64,000 bases of DNA. It comes from an uncultured Actinomycetota bacterium (GTDB lineage Bacteria; Actinomycetota; Actinomycetes; Propionibacteriales; Nocardioidaceae). The stretch lies in assembly GCA_963719255.1 (NCBI GenBank), contig CAVRBN010000071.1, forward strand, positions 41,669 to 105,668. Direction: 5' to 3'. The translations under genes were made by a program, and so were the position numbers. The notes under the pieces were generated by a model, which did no database searches, was not told the DNA's origin, and saw only the letters and a program-made list of their open reading frames with translations. Positions 41,024-50,659 of the stretch are shown here, one piece after another. Position 1 is the stretch's first letter; each line of letters begins with the position of its first letter.

Positions 41024-42640
41024 ATGGGTAACCACGCATCGTCGGTCGCCCAGACCGTCGTCCAGTTGATGAGCCAGATCGAACGCCGCCCTGGCCACGA
41101 GGTTGCCGTCGAGGATCTGACCGGCACACGACGACTGTCGATCGCTCAGCTCGCCGACGCCTCCAACCGGCTCGCGAACGCCTTCCTCGGCCTCGGCCTC
41201 CGTCCGGGCGACCGGATCGCCTACGTCGCGCAGAACCATCTCGAGTACGTCGTGCTGGAGTTCGCGCTGCTCAAGGCCGGCCTGGTCAAGGTCCCGCTCA
41301 ACCATCGCTTCGCCCCGCAGGAGCTGCGACGCTGCATCGAACTCGCCGACGTGAAGCTCGTCGTGGCTGACGGCGTCGCTGCGGAGGTCCTGGACGGGGT
41401 GCTGGACGACAGCGAGGTGATCAAGACCGTCATCGGGGTCCGCGACGGGTGGTCGTCCTTCGACGAGCTGGTCGAGAGCGGCGCAACGACGCGCGTACAG
41501 GTGTCGGTCGAGCCGGACGACGTCTACCACATCCGGTTCAGCTCGGGGTCGACCGGACGACCCAAGGGCATCTCCATCTCCCACCGAGGTGCGCGGGCGG
41601 CGATCCTCGGCAACACCTGGGCGATGAGCAGCAGCGGCTGGGTCGCAGCGCCCAGGACCCTGCAGGTTGCGCCCCTGGTCTATGCCGGCGGCTGGAGTGT
41701 CCTCCCGACTCTCCTGTGCGGTGGAACGAACGTCATGATGCTGCGGTTCGACGCCGACCAGATGCTGGGCGCGATCGCGGATCAGGGCATCACCTGGATG
41801 TTCGCCGTTCCAACGATGCTGCGTCGCATGAGCACCTCCTCCGAGCTGCCACGCTTGCGGGGTTCAGCGCTGACCTGCCTGATGCTGGCGGGTGAACCGG
41901 CAGCCCTGCCGGCGCTCGAAGTCGTCAGCGAGCACACCGATGCCATGGTCCAGTGCTGGGGTCAGACCGAGGCACCCGCATCCACCACGCTGCTCACCCG
42001 CGCCGAGATGAGGCGGCCTGAGCTGTGGTCCTCGATCGGGCGCCCGGTTCCGGGCGTCGAGTTCTCCGTCCTGAAGGACGGCGTGGTGCTGGATCGCCCC
42101 GAACCGGGAGTGGACGGTGAGCTGGTCATTCGCACCCCGAGCGTCGCCACCACGCTGATCGGCGCCGAGGCGGAGCACCAGGACCGGCTGCTGGCCGACG
42201 GGTGGTGGAGGACTTCAGACCTGGGGCACGTCGATGACGCCGGGCGGCTCTACATCGTGGGCCGGGCGAGCGAGACCATCATCACCGGCGGCACGAACAT
42301 CCAGCCTGTCGAGATCGAGCGTGCCTACGAGTCGCACGCGGCGGTTCGCGAGGCCGTGGTGGTGGGAGTCCCCGACCAGCAGTGGGGTGAGACGCCTGCG
42401 GCGTACGTCCACGTCCCTGACCTCTCCGATGGGTTGTCAGGTGAGCTGGACGCGTGGATCCGCGACCGCCTCGCCGGTTTCAAGAGGCCCGGTCATCTCT
42501 ACCTGTCGGCCGATCCCATCCCGCGCGCCTCTGGCGAGGCGAAGATTGCCCGTGGGGACATCAAGAAGCTCGTGCGTGCGTGGGTCGCGGACCCGGCAAC
42601 GGTGCCGAGCAACGTGAAGGTGGTGAATCTGCGTGGATGA
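41024..42640 (+). CDS. AMP-dependent acyl-CoA synthetase
   Basis: FSSGSTGRPKG, WGQTE, TSDLG, IITGG. Confidence 0.88.
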   Translation: MGNHASSVAQTVVQLMSQIERRPGHEVAVEDLTGTRRLSIAQLADASNRLANAFLGLGLRPGDRIAYVAQNHLEYVVLEFALLKAGLVKVPLNHRFAPQELRRCIELADVKLVVADGVAAEVLDGVLDDSEVIKTVIGVRDGWSSFDELVESGATTRVQVSVEPDDVYHIRFSSGSTGRPKGISISHRGARAAILGNTWAMSSSGWVAAPRTLQVAPLVYAGGWSVLPTLLCGGTNVMMLRFDADQMLGAIADQGITWMFAVPTMLRRMSTSSELPRLRGSALTCLMLAGEPAALPALEVVSEHTDAMVQCWGQTEAPASTTLLTRAEMRRPELWSSIGRPVPGVEFSVLKDGVVLDRPEPGVDGELVIRTPSVATTLIGAEAEHQDRLLADGWWRTSDLGHVDDAGRLYIVGRASETIITGGTNIQPVEIERAYESHAAVREAVVVGVPDQQWGETPAAYVHVPDLSDGLSGELDAWIRDRLAGFKRPGHLYLSADPIPRASGEAKIARGDIKKLVRAWVADPATVPSNVKVVNLRG

Positions 42641-43427
42641 CATTGTCATCAGCTCGGCAGACGGTGTCGGCACTGTCCGACTGAATCGTCCTGACCGCGG
42701 CAACTCGGTGACACCGGACGTGGTCAGCCGGATGGGCGAGGCAGTGAACGACCTGGCCGAGACCGACGGGATCGCAGCCGTCATCCTCACCGGGACCGGG
42801 AAGGTGTTCTGTGCAGGTGCGGATGTCCGCGAGATGTTCGATGTCTACCAGGCCGATGGCCCTGACGGACTCATGGGCTACCTCGCCGACCCCTGGATGC
42901 CTGCCGTGCAACGGACGGTGCGTCAGTTGTGGAACGCCCCGGTTCCTGTCGTCGCCGCCTACAACGGCGCCGCCACCGCCGGCGGTCTCGACTTCGGGCT
43001 CGCCTGCGACGTCCGGATCGCTGCGTCGACCGCGCGCTTCGCCGAGAGCTACGTCAACTTGGGCATGGTCCCGGTCGCCGGCGGTGCGTACCTGCTGCCG
43101 TCAGCGATCGGCTTGACGCAGGCATCGCGACTCATCGCGACCGGCGCCTTCCTCACCGCAGACGAGGCACTAGCCCTCGGAATGGTGAGCGAGGTGGTTG
43201 ACGGTGAGGAGCTCGCTCGCCGGTCGCACGAGATCGCGGTCGAGATGACCCATGGCCCGGTGGCGACGTACACGCACGCCAAGAAGATCGCACGTCGTGC
43301 CTCGACGGTGGCGTTGGACGAAGCTCTCGACGCGAGCCTGGCCGCCAACATCGAGCTGATCGCCCTTCCGGAGGTGCGTGACCGCATCCTTGACGTGATG
43401 GAGCGCTACAGCGCCCGACGCGCGTGA
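42633..43427 (+). CDS. Enoyl-CoA hydratase/isomerase (crotonase) family
   Basis: LNRP..N, FCAGAD, NGAATAGG, ACD. Confidence 0.88.
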   Translation: MDDIVISSADGVGTVRLNRPDRGNSVTPDVVSRMGEAVNDLAETDGIAAVILTGTGKVFCAGADVREMFDVYQADGPDGLMGYLADPWMPAVQRTVRQLWNAPVPVVAAYNGAATAGGLDFGLACDVRIAASTARFAESYVNLGMVPVAGGAYLLPSAIGLTQASRLIATGAFLTADEALALGMVSEVVDGEELARRSHEIAVEMTHGPVATYTHAKKIARRASTVALDEALDASLAANIELIALPEVRDRILDVMERYSARRA

Positions 43428-43433
43428 ATTCAC

Positions 43434-44904
43434 CTACGAGACGGCCGCGGCCTCACGCAGAAGCCGGCTGGCCCGGTAGCGCGGGTCGTGGTACGTCTCC
43501 CACAGGGCGTCGATGATCTCGAGAACAGCCGCGTGACCCCACCGACGGCTCCACTCGAACGGGCCCACGGGGTAGTTCGTCCCGAGTTCCATCGCCACGT
43601 CGATGTCCTGGGCGGACGCGACGCCTTGAAGAACCGTCTCCCATGCCTCGTTCGCGATCAGGGACAAGGTCCGCGCCACGACCAGGCCGGGCACGTCGTC
43701 GACCGGGCGAGCCACGATCCCAGCAGCGTGGAGCAGACCAGCAGTAGCGACCGCGGCGGAGGGTTCGGAGGCGGCGATGGCGATGCCAGCCGCCGCTGCG
43801 GGATCGACGCACCGGTCGATCACCGCAACCGGGCTGCCGAGGTCCACTGACTCCTCCCGTGCCGTCCGTCCCCGAGTCACGAGCACGGTGGTGCCGTCGG
43901 GCAGCACGATCCGGGACCGTGCGGACGACGTGTGCTTCACCGCCACGCCGGAGCGATCGACGAGGCGCTCGAGCTGAGCGCAGGAGCCGTGCAGCTCCAC
44001 GGAGTCAGGTGTCTCGGCCGCCACGACGAACGCAGGCTCCGGCTGCGCCGCCGACTCCGAGTAGTCGTAGAAGCCGAGGCCGCTCTTGCGTCCGTACCGC
44101 CCTGCCGCCACCAGTTCGTCCTGGAGTCTGGAGGGCGTGAACCGCGAGTCGAAGCTGAACGCTGTCCACACCTTCCTCGTCACTGCGGCGTTGACGTCGT
44201 TGCCGATCAGGTCCATCAGCTCGAACGGCCCCATCTTGAACTGGCCTGCTGCACGGAGCACCTCGTCCAAGGTCTCCGGGCTTGCGGCCTGCTCCTCGAG
44301 CAGGCGGAGAGGCTCCCCGTAGAAGGCTCGGGCCACGCGGTTGACGATGAAGCCCGGTGCGGACTTCACTCGCGCAACGGACTTGCCCCAGCCGACGGCC
44401 AGGTCGGCGACCGTGTCGAGAACGTCCGGATCTGTCTGCAGTCCTGCCACCACCTCGACCAGACGCATGACAGGGACGGGGTTGAAGAAGTGCATGCCCA
44501 CCACCCGTGAAGGCGTGCTGGTCGCAGCCGCGATGTCGGTGACCGACAGGGAGGAGGTGTTCGAGGCTAGGATGCAGCCGATGCCGAAGTGCTCCTGTGC
44601 CTGCCTCAGGACCGCCGCCTTCACACCGAGGTCCTCGAGAACGGCCTCGATGACGAACGTGCCGGGCAGCGCACGGCGCATCACCCACTGCTTCGACTGT
44701 GACGAGGCGTTCCTCCAGGGCCGAGGCGACCTGGGGGTGCCGTCGTTCCAGGCGCTTCGCGATCTCGGCGCGAGCGGCGTCGAGCTGTGCGCGCTGGGGA
44801 TCGACCAGACAGACCCGATGTCCGGCCGCCAGGGCGATCTGGGCGATCCCGCGCCCCATGGTGCCGGCGCCGATCACGCACACCGGAATGGAGCTCAGCG
44901 TCAT
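43434..44904 (-). CDS. 3-hydroxyacyl-CoA dehydrogenase, PaaH-like; frameshift near 44680
   Basis: GAGTMGRGIA, IEAVLE, SNTSSL, GMHFFNPVP, PGFIVNR, duplicated C-domain ending YRAS. Confidence 0.9.
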
Positions 44905-44973
44905 CGTGCAGTCCTCGATTGTCGAGCATGGAAGAAGAGGTCCGAGTAGCAGTAGCCGTCCTTGCCTCGGACA

Positions 44974-45002
44974 TGTAAGACAATGTACGCTCTTGTAAGG
45001 TT
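44974..45002. promoter_or_regulatory. Putative operator pair (TGTAAGACA, TGTAAGGTT) in an AT-rich divergent promoter
   Basis: Between the PaaH-like and BadI-like genes. Confidence 0.55.
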
Positions 45003-45060
45003 ATTGGCCAACAAGCAATGGCTTGACTTTTAATACGAACGTGGTGGAGTTGAATCTGGC

Positions 45061-45831
45061 ATGACCTATCAAGACATCGTCGTCACCGTGGAGAGCGGCG
45101 TCGCGACGATCGCGATCAACCGTCCGGAGCAGGCCAACAAGCTCAGGTTCCAGACGGCGCGTGAGTTGCTCGAGGCGTTCCGCATGGTCCGCGAGACCCC
45201 GACGATCGACGTAGCGATCTTGACCGGCTCCGGGGACAAGTTCTTCTGCATCGGAGGAGACCACGAGGAGCTCACCACCCTCGACTACTCCAGCGTGATG
45301 CCTGTCATCGACCTGTACGAGTTCATCGACACGATGCCCAAGCCGGTGATCGCGGCCGTGAACGGATTCGCGGTCGGCGGAGGAAACGTGCTGCAGGTCG
45401 TCTGCGACCTCACCGTCGCTGCGCCACATGCAGTCTTCCGACAGGTCGGCCCTCTGGTGGGGAGCTTCGACGCGGGCTATGGCACGTGGTACCTCGAGGA
45501 GACGATCGGTCGACGGCGAGCCAAGGAGATGTGGTATCTGAACCGCAAGTACACAGCGGAACAGGCTCTCGAGATGGGGCTGGTCAACGAGATCGCTGCC
45601 GACCCCGTCGAGCGTGCCGCGGAGATGGCGCAGACGCTTCGTCAGCGGGGTTCGTTCGCACTGAGCGCCCTCAAGGCAGCGTTCTCCGGGCGACACACGG
45701 GAGTCGCAGGTCAGGCCCGCCTCGCACACGACCTTCTCCTCACGGCATATCGCAGCACGCAGGAGGCTGAGGAACTTTCGCAGTCGTTCGAGGAGCGCCG
45801 CGAGCCGGATCGGAGCAGGTTCAACAAGTGA
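45061..45831 (+). CDS. BadI/MenB-like crotonase (2-ketocyclohexanecarboxyl-CoA ring hydrolase-type)
   Basis: FCIGGD, GGGNVL, FRQVGPLVGSFDAGYGT, AKEMWY; catabolic context, no men genes. Confidence 0.8.
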   Translation: MTYQDIVVTVESGVATIAINRPEQANKLRFQTARELLEAFRMVRETPTIDVAILTGSGDKFFCIGGDHEELTTLDYSSVMPVIDLYEFIDTMPKPVIAAVNGFAVGGGNVLQVVCDLTVAAPHAVFRQVGPLVGSFDAGYGTWYLEETIGRRRAKEMWYLNRKYTAEQALEMGLVNEIAADPVERAAEMAQTLRQRGSFALSALKAAFSGRHTGVAGQARLAHDLLLTAYRSTQEAEELSQSFEERREPDRSRFNK

Positions 45832-46766
45832 GCTCGATCAGCAGGGACCTCGGGTCCTTCCTCGAGGTGGTCGACAAGCTCGCCGCGTCGGCCACTGAGG
45901 CGTCTGCCTCGCTGTCTGATGTGCGCGACAGTCTCCAGAGTGCTGGTCTGCTCACGTTGGGCAGGGACACTGCGGAAGAGGAGGACAGTCTCCAGTGGCT
46001 GACCCACACGGTTCGCGTGGCGGCTCAGTCCTCCCCCTCATTGGCATTCCTGCTCGCGGCGCGGTACGCCGCCGACCGCGCTCTCGGCCCCGACACCTCG
46101 GCGCTCGACCCCACGTTCTGCCTCATCACCGGAGGGTCGGACGCGGTGGTTGCGACGGCCTTCGAACCGGATGTCCTCGTCGTCCTCGACGTGGCAGGCA
46201 CGTCGCTCGCGGCGGTGCCGTGGACCGAGCTCGCCGACTCGGTGACTCGCGAGGCTCGCTCGGGTCTGAAAGCGGCAGGGCTCGTCACGGTGGACGTTCC
46301 AGGCACGGGAACCGAGCGGCTCGACGATGCCGCTGCTGCACTGGGCGACTGGGACATGCTGATGGGCGCGGCCCTGGTCGGGCTGGCCGAGCGAGCGGTT
46401 CGCACCACACAGGCCTACGTGACGGAGCGACGCCAGTTCGGCGCGACCATCGGCTCGTTCGCCGGGCTCCGTGCCCTGGTGGGCGACATGGACCTCAAGT
46501 CCGCAAGCGTGCAGGCGCTTCTGGAGGTCTGCACCGAACGTGGCGCCGGGACCGAGAACGTCGCCGCCTCTGCAGGCCGAGCCGCCATCGAGATCTGCAT
46601 CGATGCGATCCAGGCGCACGGGGGCTACGGCTATATCGACGAATATCCCCTGGCGGGCCTGCTGCGTGACGCGATCAGCATCCAGGCACGTGCAGGCGGC
46701 CGACGGCTTCACCTGGCCCGCATCGCTGAACGCGGACTCGGGCCCAGGGACGCAGGAACGTCATGA
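45828..46766 (+). CDS. Short, degenerate acyl-CoA dehydrogenase-family protein
   Basis: C-terminal RRQFG..I..F, IQAHGGYGY, RDA; N-terminal half reduced; 312 aa. Confidence 0.75.
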   Translation: MSSISRDLGSFLEVVDKLAASATEASASLSDVRDSLQSAGLLTLGRDTAEEEDSLQWLTHTVRVAAQSSPSLAFLLAARYAADRALGPDTSALDPTFCLITGGSDAVVATAFEPDVLVVLDVAGTSLAAVPWTELADSVTREARSGLKAAGLVTVDVPGTGTERLDDAAAALGDWDMLMGAALVGLAERAVRTTQAYVTERRQFGATIGSFAGLRALVGDMDLKSASVQALLEVCTERGAGTENVAASAGRAAIEICIDAIQAHGGYGYIDEYPLAGLLRDAISIQARAGGRRLHLARIAERGLGPRDAGTS

Positions 46767-47512
46767 AAGTCAAGGACAAATCGATGCAGGGCGACGCGTT
46801 CCACGCCGAGCAGGTCCTGCGTCCCCGCGCTCAGGTGGAGCGTCAGATTCGGGAAGCCATTCTTCGCGGTGACTTCTCGCAGGGCGACAAGCTACCGTCC
46901 GAGACAGATCTCGCCCACCGCTTCGGTGTGAGCCGTCCGACCGTCCGGGACGCTCTGACCTCCCTGGAAGCAGCCGGCCTGATTCGCAAGATCCCAGGGG
47001 TGACCGGCGGCAGCTTCGTGAACAGCGTCACCCCGGCCTCGTTGAGCGCCATGCTCGGCGAGTCCATGGACAACATCGTCCGGCTGGGGTCGCTCGACAT
47101 CGACGAGCTCACCGCGATGCGGCACGTGCTCGAGGTTCCGGCCGCTTCATGGGCTGCGGAGAGTGGATCAGCGCCTCAGCTGACCCTGCTGAAGAACATC
47201 GTCGAGCGTCATACGGCCGCGGCCGCCGACGACCCGGAGATCGCGTCGTACAACAGGGACTTTCACATCACGGTCGCCCACGCATCGGGCAACCGGCTGC
47301 TTGCCGCCTTAGTCTCTGCGATCTACGCGGCCACCCGCACCGAGGAGTCCCTGTGCGTGACTCCGCACGTGGGTCGCTCGACCCTCAAGCAACACGTCGC
47401 GATCATCGACGCCATTCGCGCCGGCTCGCCACGGGCCGCGGCCAGTGCCATGGCCGAGCACCTCGAGTACGTCCTTCTGCACTCCTCGACCGAAGGCCAG
47501 GGACGCCCATGA
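46763..47512 (+). CDS. FadR/GntR family regulator, copy 2
   Basis: RPRAQVERQIREAI, FGVSRPTVR, GLIRKIPGVTGGSFV; close paralog of 35316. Confidence 0.92.
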   Translation: MKVKDKSMQGDAFHAEQVLRPRAQVERQIREAILRGDFSQGDKLPSETDLAHRFGVSRPTVRDALTSLEAAGLIRKIPGVTGGSFVNSVTPASLSAMLGESMDNIVRLGSLDIDELTAMRHVLEVPAASWAAESGSAPQLTLLKNIVERHTAAAADDPEIASYNRDFHITVAHASGNRLLAALVSAIYAATRTEESLCVTPHVGRSTLKQHVAIIDAIRAGSPRAAASAMAEHLEYVLLHSSTEGQGRP

Positions 47513-48714
47513 CGACGAGCCACGGACCGCTGCACGGAGTGCGCGTCGTCGACATCTCGTCGTCTTACGCAGCGCCCACGGCGTCCATGTACCTCGCAGA
47601 CATGGGGGCTGACGTCATCAAGATCGAGCCACTGCGCGGTGACGACGCCAGGGGTTGGGGGCCTCCGTTCCTCAATGGCGAGGCCGCCTGGTTCCTTTCG
47701 GTCAACCGCAACAAACGCAGCATCTGCCTCGACATCCGTGAGGAGGCCGGAAGATCCCTCCTGTTCCAGCTCCTGGAGACCGCAGACGTCTTCCTCGAGA
47801 ACCTCGTCCCGGCCAAGCTGGAGAAGCATGGGCTCGGTCTGAGCGGTCTGCACCAGCGGTTCCCCCAACTCGTCATCTGCGCGTTCTCAGGGTTCGGGCT
47901 GAATGGCCCGGACGCCTCGCTGCCCGGCTACGACCTCATCGCCCAAGCCCGTTCGGGTCTCATGAGCGTCACCGGAGCCGACGGCATCCCTCAGCGCGTC
48001 AGCACAGCACTCTCCGACGTCGCAGCCGGCACGGTGGCAGCCTTCGCCATCGCGGCGGCCCTGGTCCGGCAGCGCGTCACGGGGCAGGGCGAGATCGTCG
48101 ACGTTGCGCTCCTGGAGGCAGACCTCGCGCTGATGTCTCCTCGCATCGCCAGCTTCCTTGCGGGCGACCCGGAACCGACGCCGTGCTCCGGCGCTGACTC
48201 GGTCGTCGCTATCTACCAGTCGATGCGAACTGCCGACCGGACCATCGTGATCGCCCTGGGCAACGACAACCACTGGCAGCGGGCGTGCGCCGCGATGGGT
48301 CTCGATCATCTCGCACAGCGGGAAGAGCTGAACACCAACGCCGGGCGACGCGCACATCGCGAAGAGGTCGTTGACGAGTTCCAGAGGAAGTTCGAGCTGA
48401 TGCCTTCCGCGCACGCCTTGAAGCTGCTCAATGACGTCGGCGTGCCCTGCGCCCCGATCAACTTCCTGTCCGAGGTCGTGTCCGATCCTCAGGTCGTGGC
48501 ACGTGGCGCCATCGTTGACTATGAGCACCCGGTCGCAGGTGTGTTTCGCGGGGTGAGTGCCCCGTGGCGCCTCGCTTCGGATCCTGACGACCGTCAGGCA
48601 AGGCTCCCGGCGCCGCTGCGTGGTCAGCACACGCGCGAGATCCTTGCGGAGATAGGCCTGGACGACGAGGCGATCGGTCGACTGACAGAGGGAAGGGTCG
48701 TATGGAGTCCCTGA
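47509..48714 (+). CDS. CaiB/BaiF family III CoA-transferase
   Basis: PLHGVRVVD, GADVIKIE, NRNKRS, SGFG..GP, GYD, GQHT. Confidence 0.92.
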   Translation: MTTSHGPLHGVRVVDISSSYAAPTASMYLADMGADVIKIEPLRGDDARGWGPPFLNGEAAWFLSVNRNKRSICLDIREEAGRSLLFQLLETADVFLENLVPAKLEKHGLGLSGLHQRFPQLVICAFSGFGLNGPDASLPGYDLIAQARSGLMSVTGADGIPQRVSTALSDVAAGTVAAFAIAAALVRQRVTGQGEIVDVALLEADLALMSPRIASFLAGDPEPTPCSGADSVVAIYQSMRTADRTIVIALGNDNHWQRACAAMGLDHLAQREELNTNAGRRAHREEVVDEFQRKFELMPSAHALKLLNDVGVPCAPINFLSEVVSDPQVVARGAIVDYEHPVAGVFRGVSAPWRLASDPDDRQARLPAPLRGQHTREILAEIGLDDEAIGRLTEGRVVWSP

Positions 48715-49481
48715 TCGAGACGACTCGTGAGGGCAGGGTCCTGGAGATCACCCTGAACCGTCCCCGACAGCTGAACGCACTGAACTCCGAGGTGCTGCGC
48801 CTGGTCGCAGAGGTGATCGGCGCCGCTCAGGGCGACGACTCGGTCGGGTGCGTCGTCCTCAGCGGCACCGGTGAGCGTGCGTTCAGCGCCGGCGCCGACC
48901 TCGAGGAGATCCGCGGCCTGGGTGTCGTCGACGCCCAGGCGTTCATCCACAACGGGCATCGGACGATGACCGCGATCGCCTCCTCCAACGTGCCTGTGCT
49001 TGCGCACGTTGACGGATTCGCCCTCGGCGGCGGGTTCGAGATGATGCTGGCCTGCCACCTGGTCGTCGCCTCCGATCGCAGCCAGTTCGGGCTGCCCGAG
49101 TCGCAGATCGGCTGCATGCCCGGCTTCGGTGGCACCCAGCGTCTGGCCGCGTCCGTTGGCAAGCCCGCGGCCATGCACCTGATGCTCAGCGGCGAGCGCA
49201 TCGACGCTGCCCGTGCCTGGCACCTCGGCCTGCTCTCGGTGCCTCCGCTGGCGCCTGAAGCCGCCACTGCGGAGGTCGCCCGACTGGCGCGGCTCATCGC
49301 CTCGGGCAGCCGCACCGGGATCGCGAACATCCTCGACGCCGCACGCTCGGCAGTCGCTCCGGCCGCACTCGACCATGAGGCCGCACTCGCGGCACTGTCC
49401 ATCGCGTCTGGCGATGGACAGGAGGGCATCACCTCGTTCGCCGAGCGGCGAACCCCGGTCTTCCACAAGGAGCTGACATGA
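48702..49481 (+). CDS. Enoyl-CoA hydratase
   Basis: FSAGAD, GGGFE, GLPE (both catalytic Glu present), PGFGGTQRL. Confidence 0.92.
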   Translation: MESLIETTREGRVLEITLNRPRQLNALNSEVLRLVAEVIGAAQGDDSVGCVVLSGTGERAFSAGADLEEIRGLGVVDAQAFIHNGHRTMTAIASSNVPVLAHVDGFALGGGFEMMLACHLVVASDRSQFGLPESQIGCMPGFGGTQRLAASVGKPAAMHLMLSGERIDAARAWHLGLLSVPPLAPEAATAEVARLARLIASGSRTGIANILDAARSAVAPAALDHEAALAALSIASGDGQEGITSFAERRTPVFHKELT

Positions 49482-50653
49482 CAACGTGGGCGTCCATCGA
49501 CGATGACGTGATCAGGGCCGTCGACGCGGTGATCGATCGCACCATTCGTCCACGAAGCGCCGAAGTGGATGCCAACTCGGAGTTCCCCGCGCAGGCGCTG
49601 GCCGACCTCGCCGGTGAAGGTCTCGGGGTCATGCTGATGCCGAAGACGCTCGGGGGCGCGGAGGCCAGCACGGCGACGTACGCTGATGCGCTGGCTCGCA
49701 TCGCGGCCGAGTGCGGATCCACCTCGACCGTCTACATGACACAGATGCACTGCGCCCACCCGATCCACCTACAGGGCTCGAGAGAGCAGGCCGCCACGTG
49801 GATTCCGCGCCTCTGCGACGGCTCGGCGGTGGGCGCCATCGCCCTGACGGAGCCGAGTGCCGGCTCTGACGTCGGAACCATGCGGACGGTGGCGCGCCGA
49901 GACGGCGACGAGTACGTCCTCAACGGCGAAAAGACCTTCATCTCCAACGGTGATCACGCCGACGTCATCGTCCTTTTCGCCTCCGTGGACCTGGCCCGCG
50001 GCAAGGACGGCGTCACCGCTTTCCTTCTCGAGACCGAGGACCTGCCGGGCCTGACGGTAGGGGTCCCGATGAAGAAGCTGGGCCAGAAGGGAGCCTCGAC
50101 GGTCACCCTCGCTTTCCAGGACTGCCGCATCCCGGTGTCGGCGCGCCTGGGCGAGGAGGGCCAGGGCTATCCGTTGCTGCTCAACTCGGTCGTCCGGTCG
50201 CGCATCAGCGCCGCCGCGCAAGGTCTGGGCTTCGCGCAGGGAGCCTTCGATGCGGTCGTCTCGTGGGCCTCCGAGCGTGAGCTGCTCTCCTCCAGGACGG
50301 CGACGGCGCAGGATCTGCAGTTCGAGCTCGCTCGCCTCCGCGGCGAGATCACGGCGGCCCGGTCGATGCTCTTCGCGGTGTGCGACCAGGTCGACGCGAG
50401 CCCGGACCAGTCCGCTGCTGAGGTGTCGCTGGTCAAGCTCCACTGCACCACGTTGGGCACTCGCGTGGCGGCGACGTGCGTCGAGTTGCTGGGGCCCGAC
50501 GGCGACCTGGTCGCCCTGGGCGCCGAGAGGCGGCTGCGCGACGCCAAGATCGCGGAGATCTACGACGGGACGAACCAGATCCAGAGCATGCTCGTCGCCC
50601 GCGACATCCGCCTCACCGCCGAGGCCGGCCTGGCGTCGGCGACAGCCCGCTGA
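49478..50653 (+). CDS. Acyl-CoA dehydrogenase
   Basis: LTEPSAGSD, GEKTFISNG, KLG, RDAKIAEIYDGTNQI. Confidence 0.92.
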   Translation: MTTWASIDDDVIRAVDAVIDRTIRPRSAEVDANSEFPAQALADLAGEGLGVMLMPKTLGGAEASTATYADALARIAAECGSTSTVYMTQMHCAHPIHLQGSREQAATWIPRLCDGSAVGAIALTEPSAGSDVGTMRTVARRDGDEYVLNGEKTFISNGDHADVIVLFASVDLARGKDGVTAFLLETEDLPGLTVGVPMKKLGQKGASTVTLAFQDCRIPVSARLGEEGQGYPLLLNSVVRSRISAAAQGLGFAQGAFDAVVSWASERELLSSRTATAQDLQFELARLRGEITAARSMLFAVCDQVDASPDQSAAEVSLVKLHCTTLGTRVAATCVELLGPDGDLVALGAERRLRDAKIAEIYDGTNQIQSMLVARDIRLTAEAGLASATAR

Positions 50654-50659
50654 CCTCCG

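Noticed and set aside
45061-45831. Calling this gene menB
   Set aside because: No other men genes nearby; BadH-like and beta-oxidation neighbours favour a BadI-type hydrolase.
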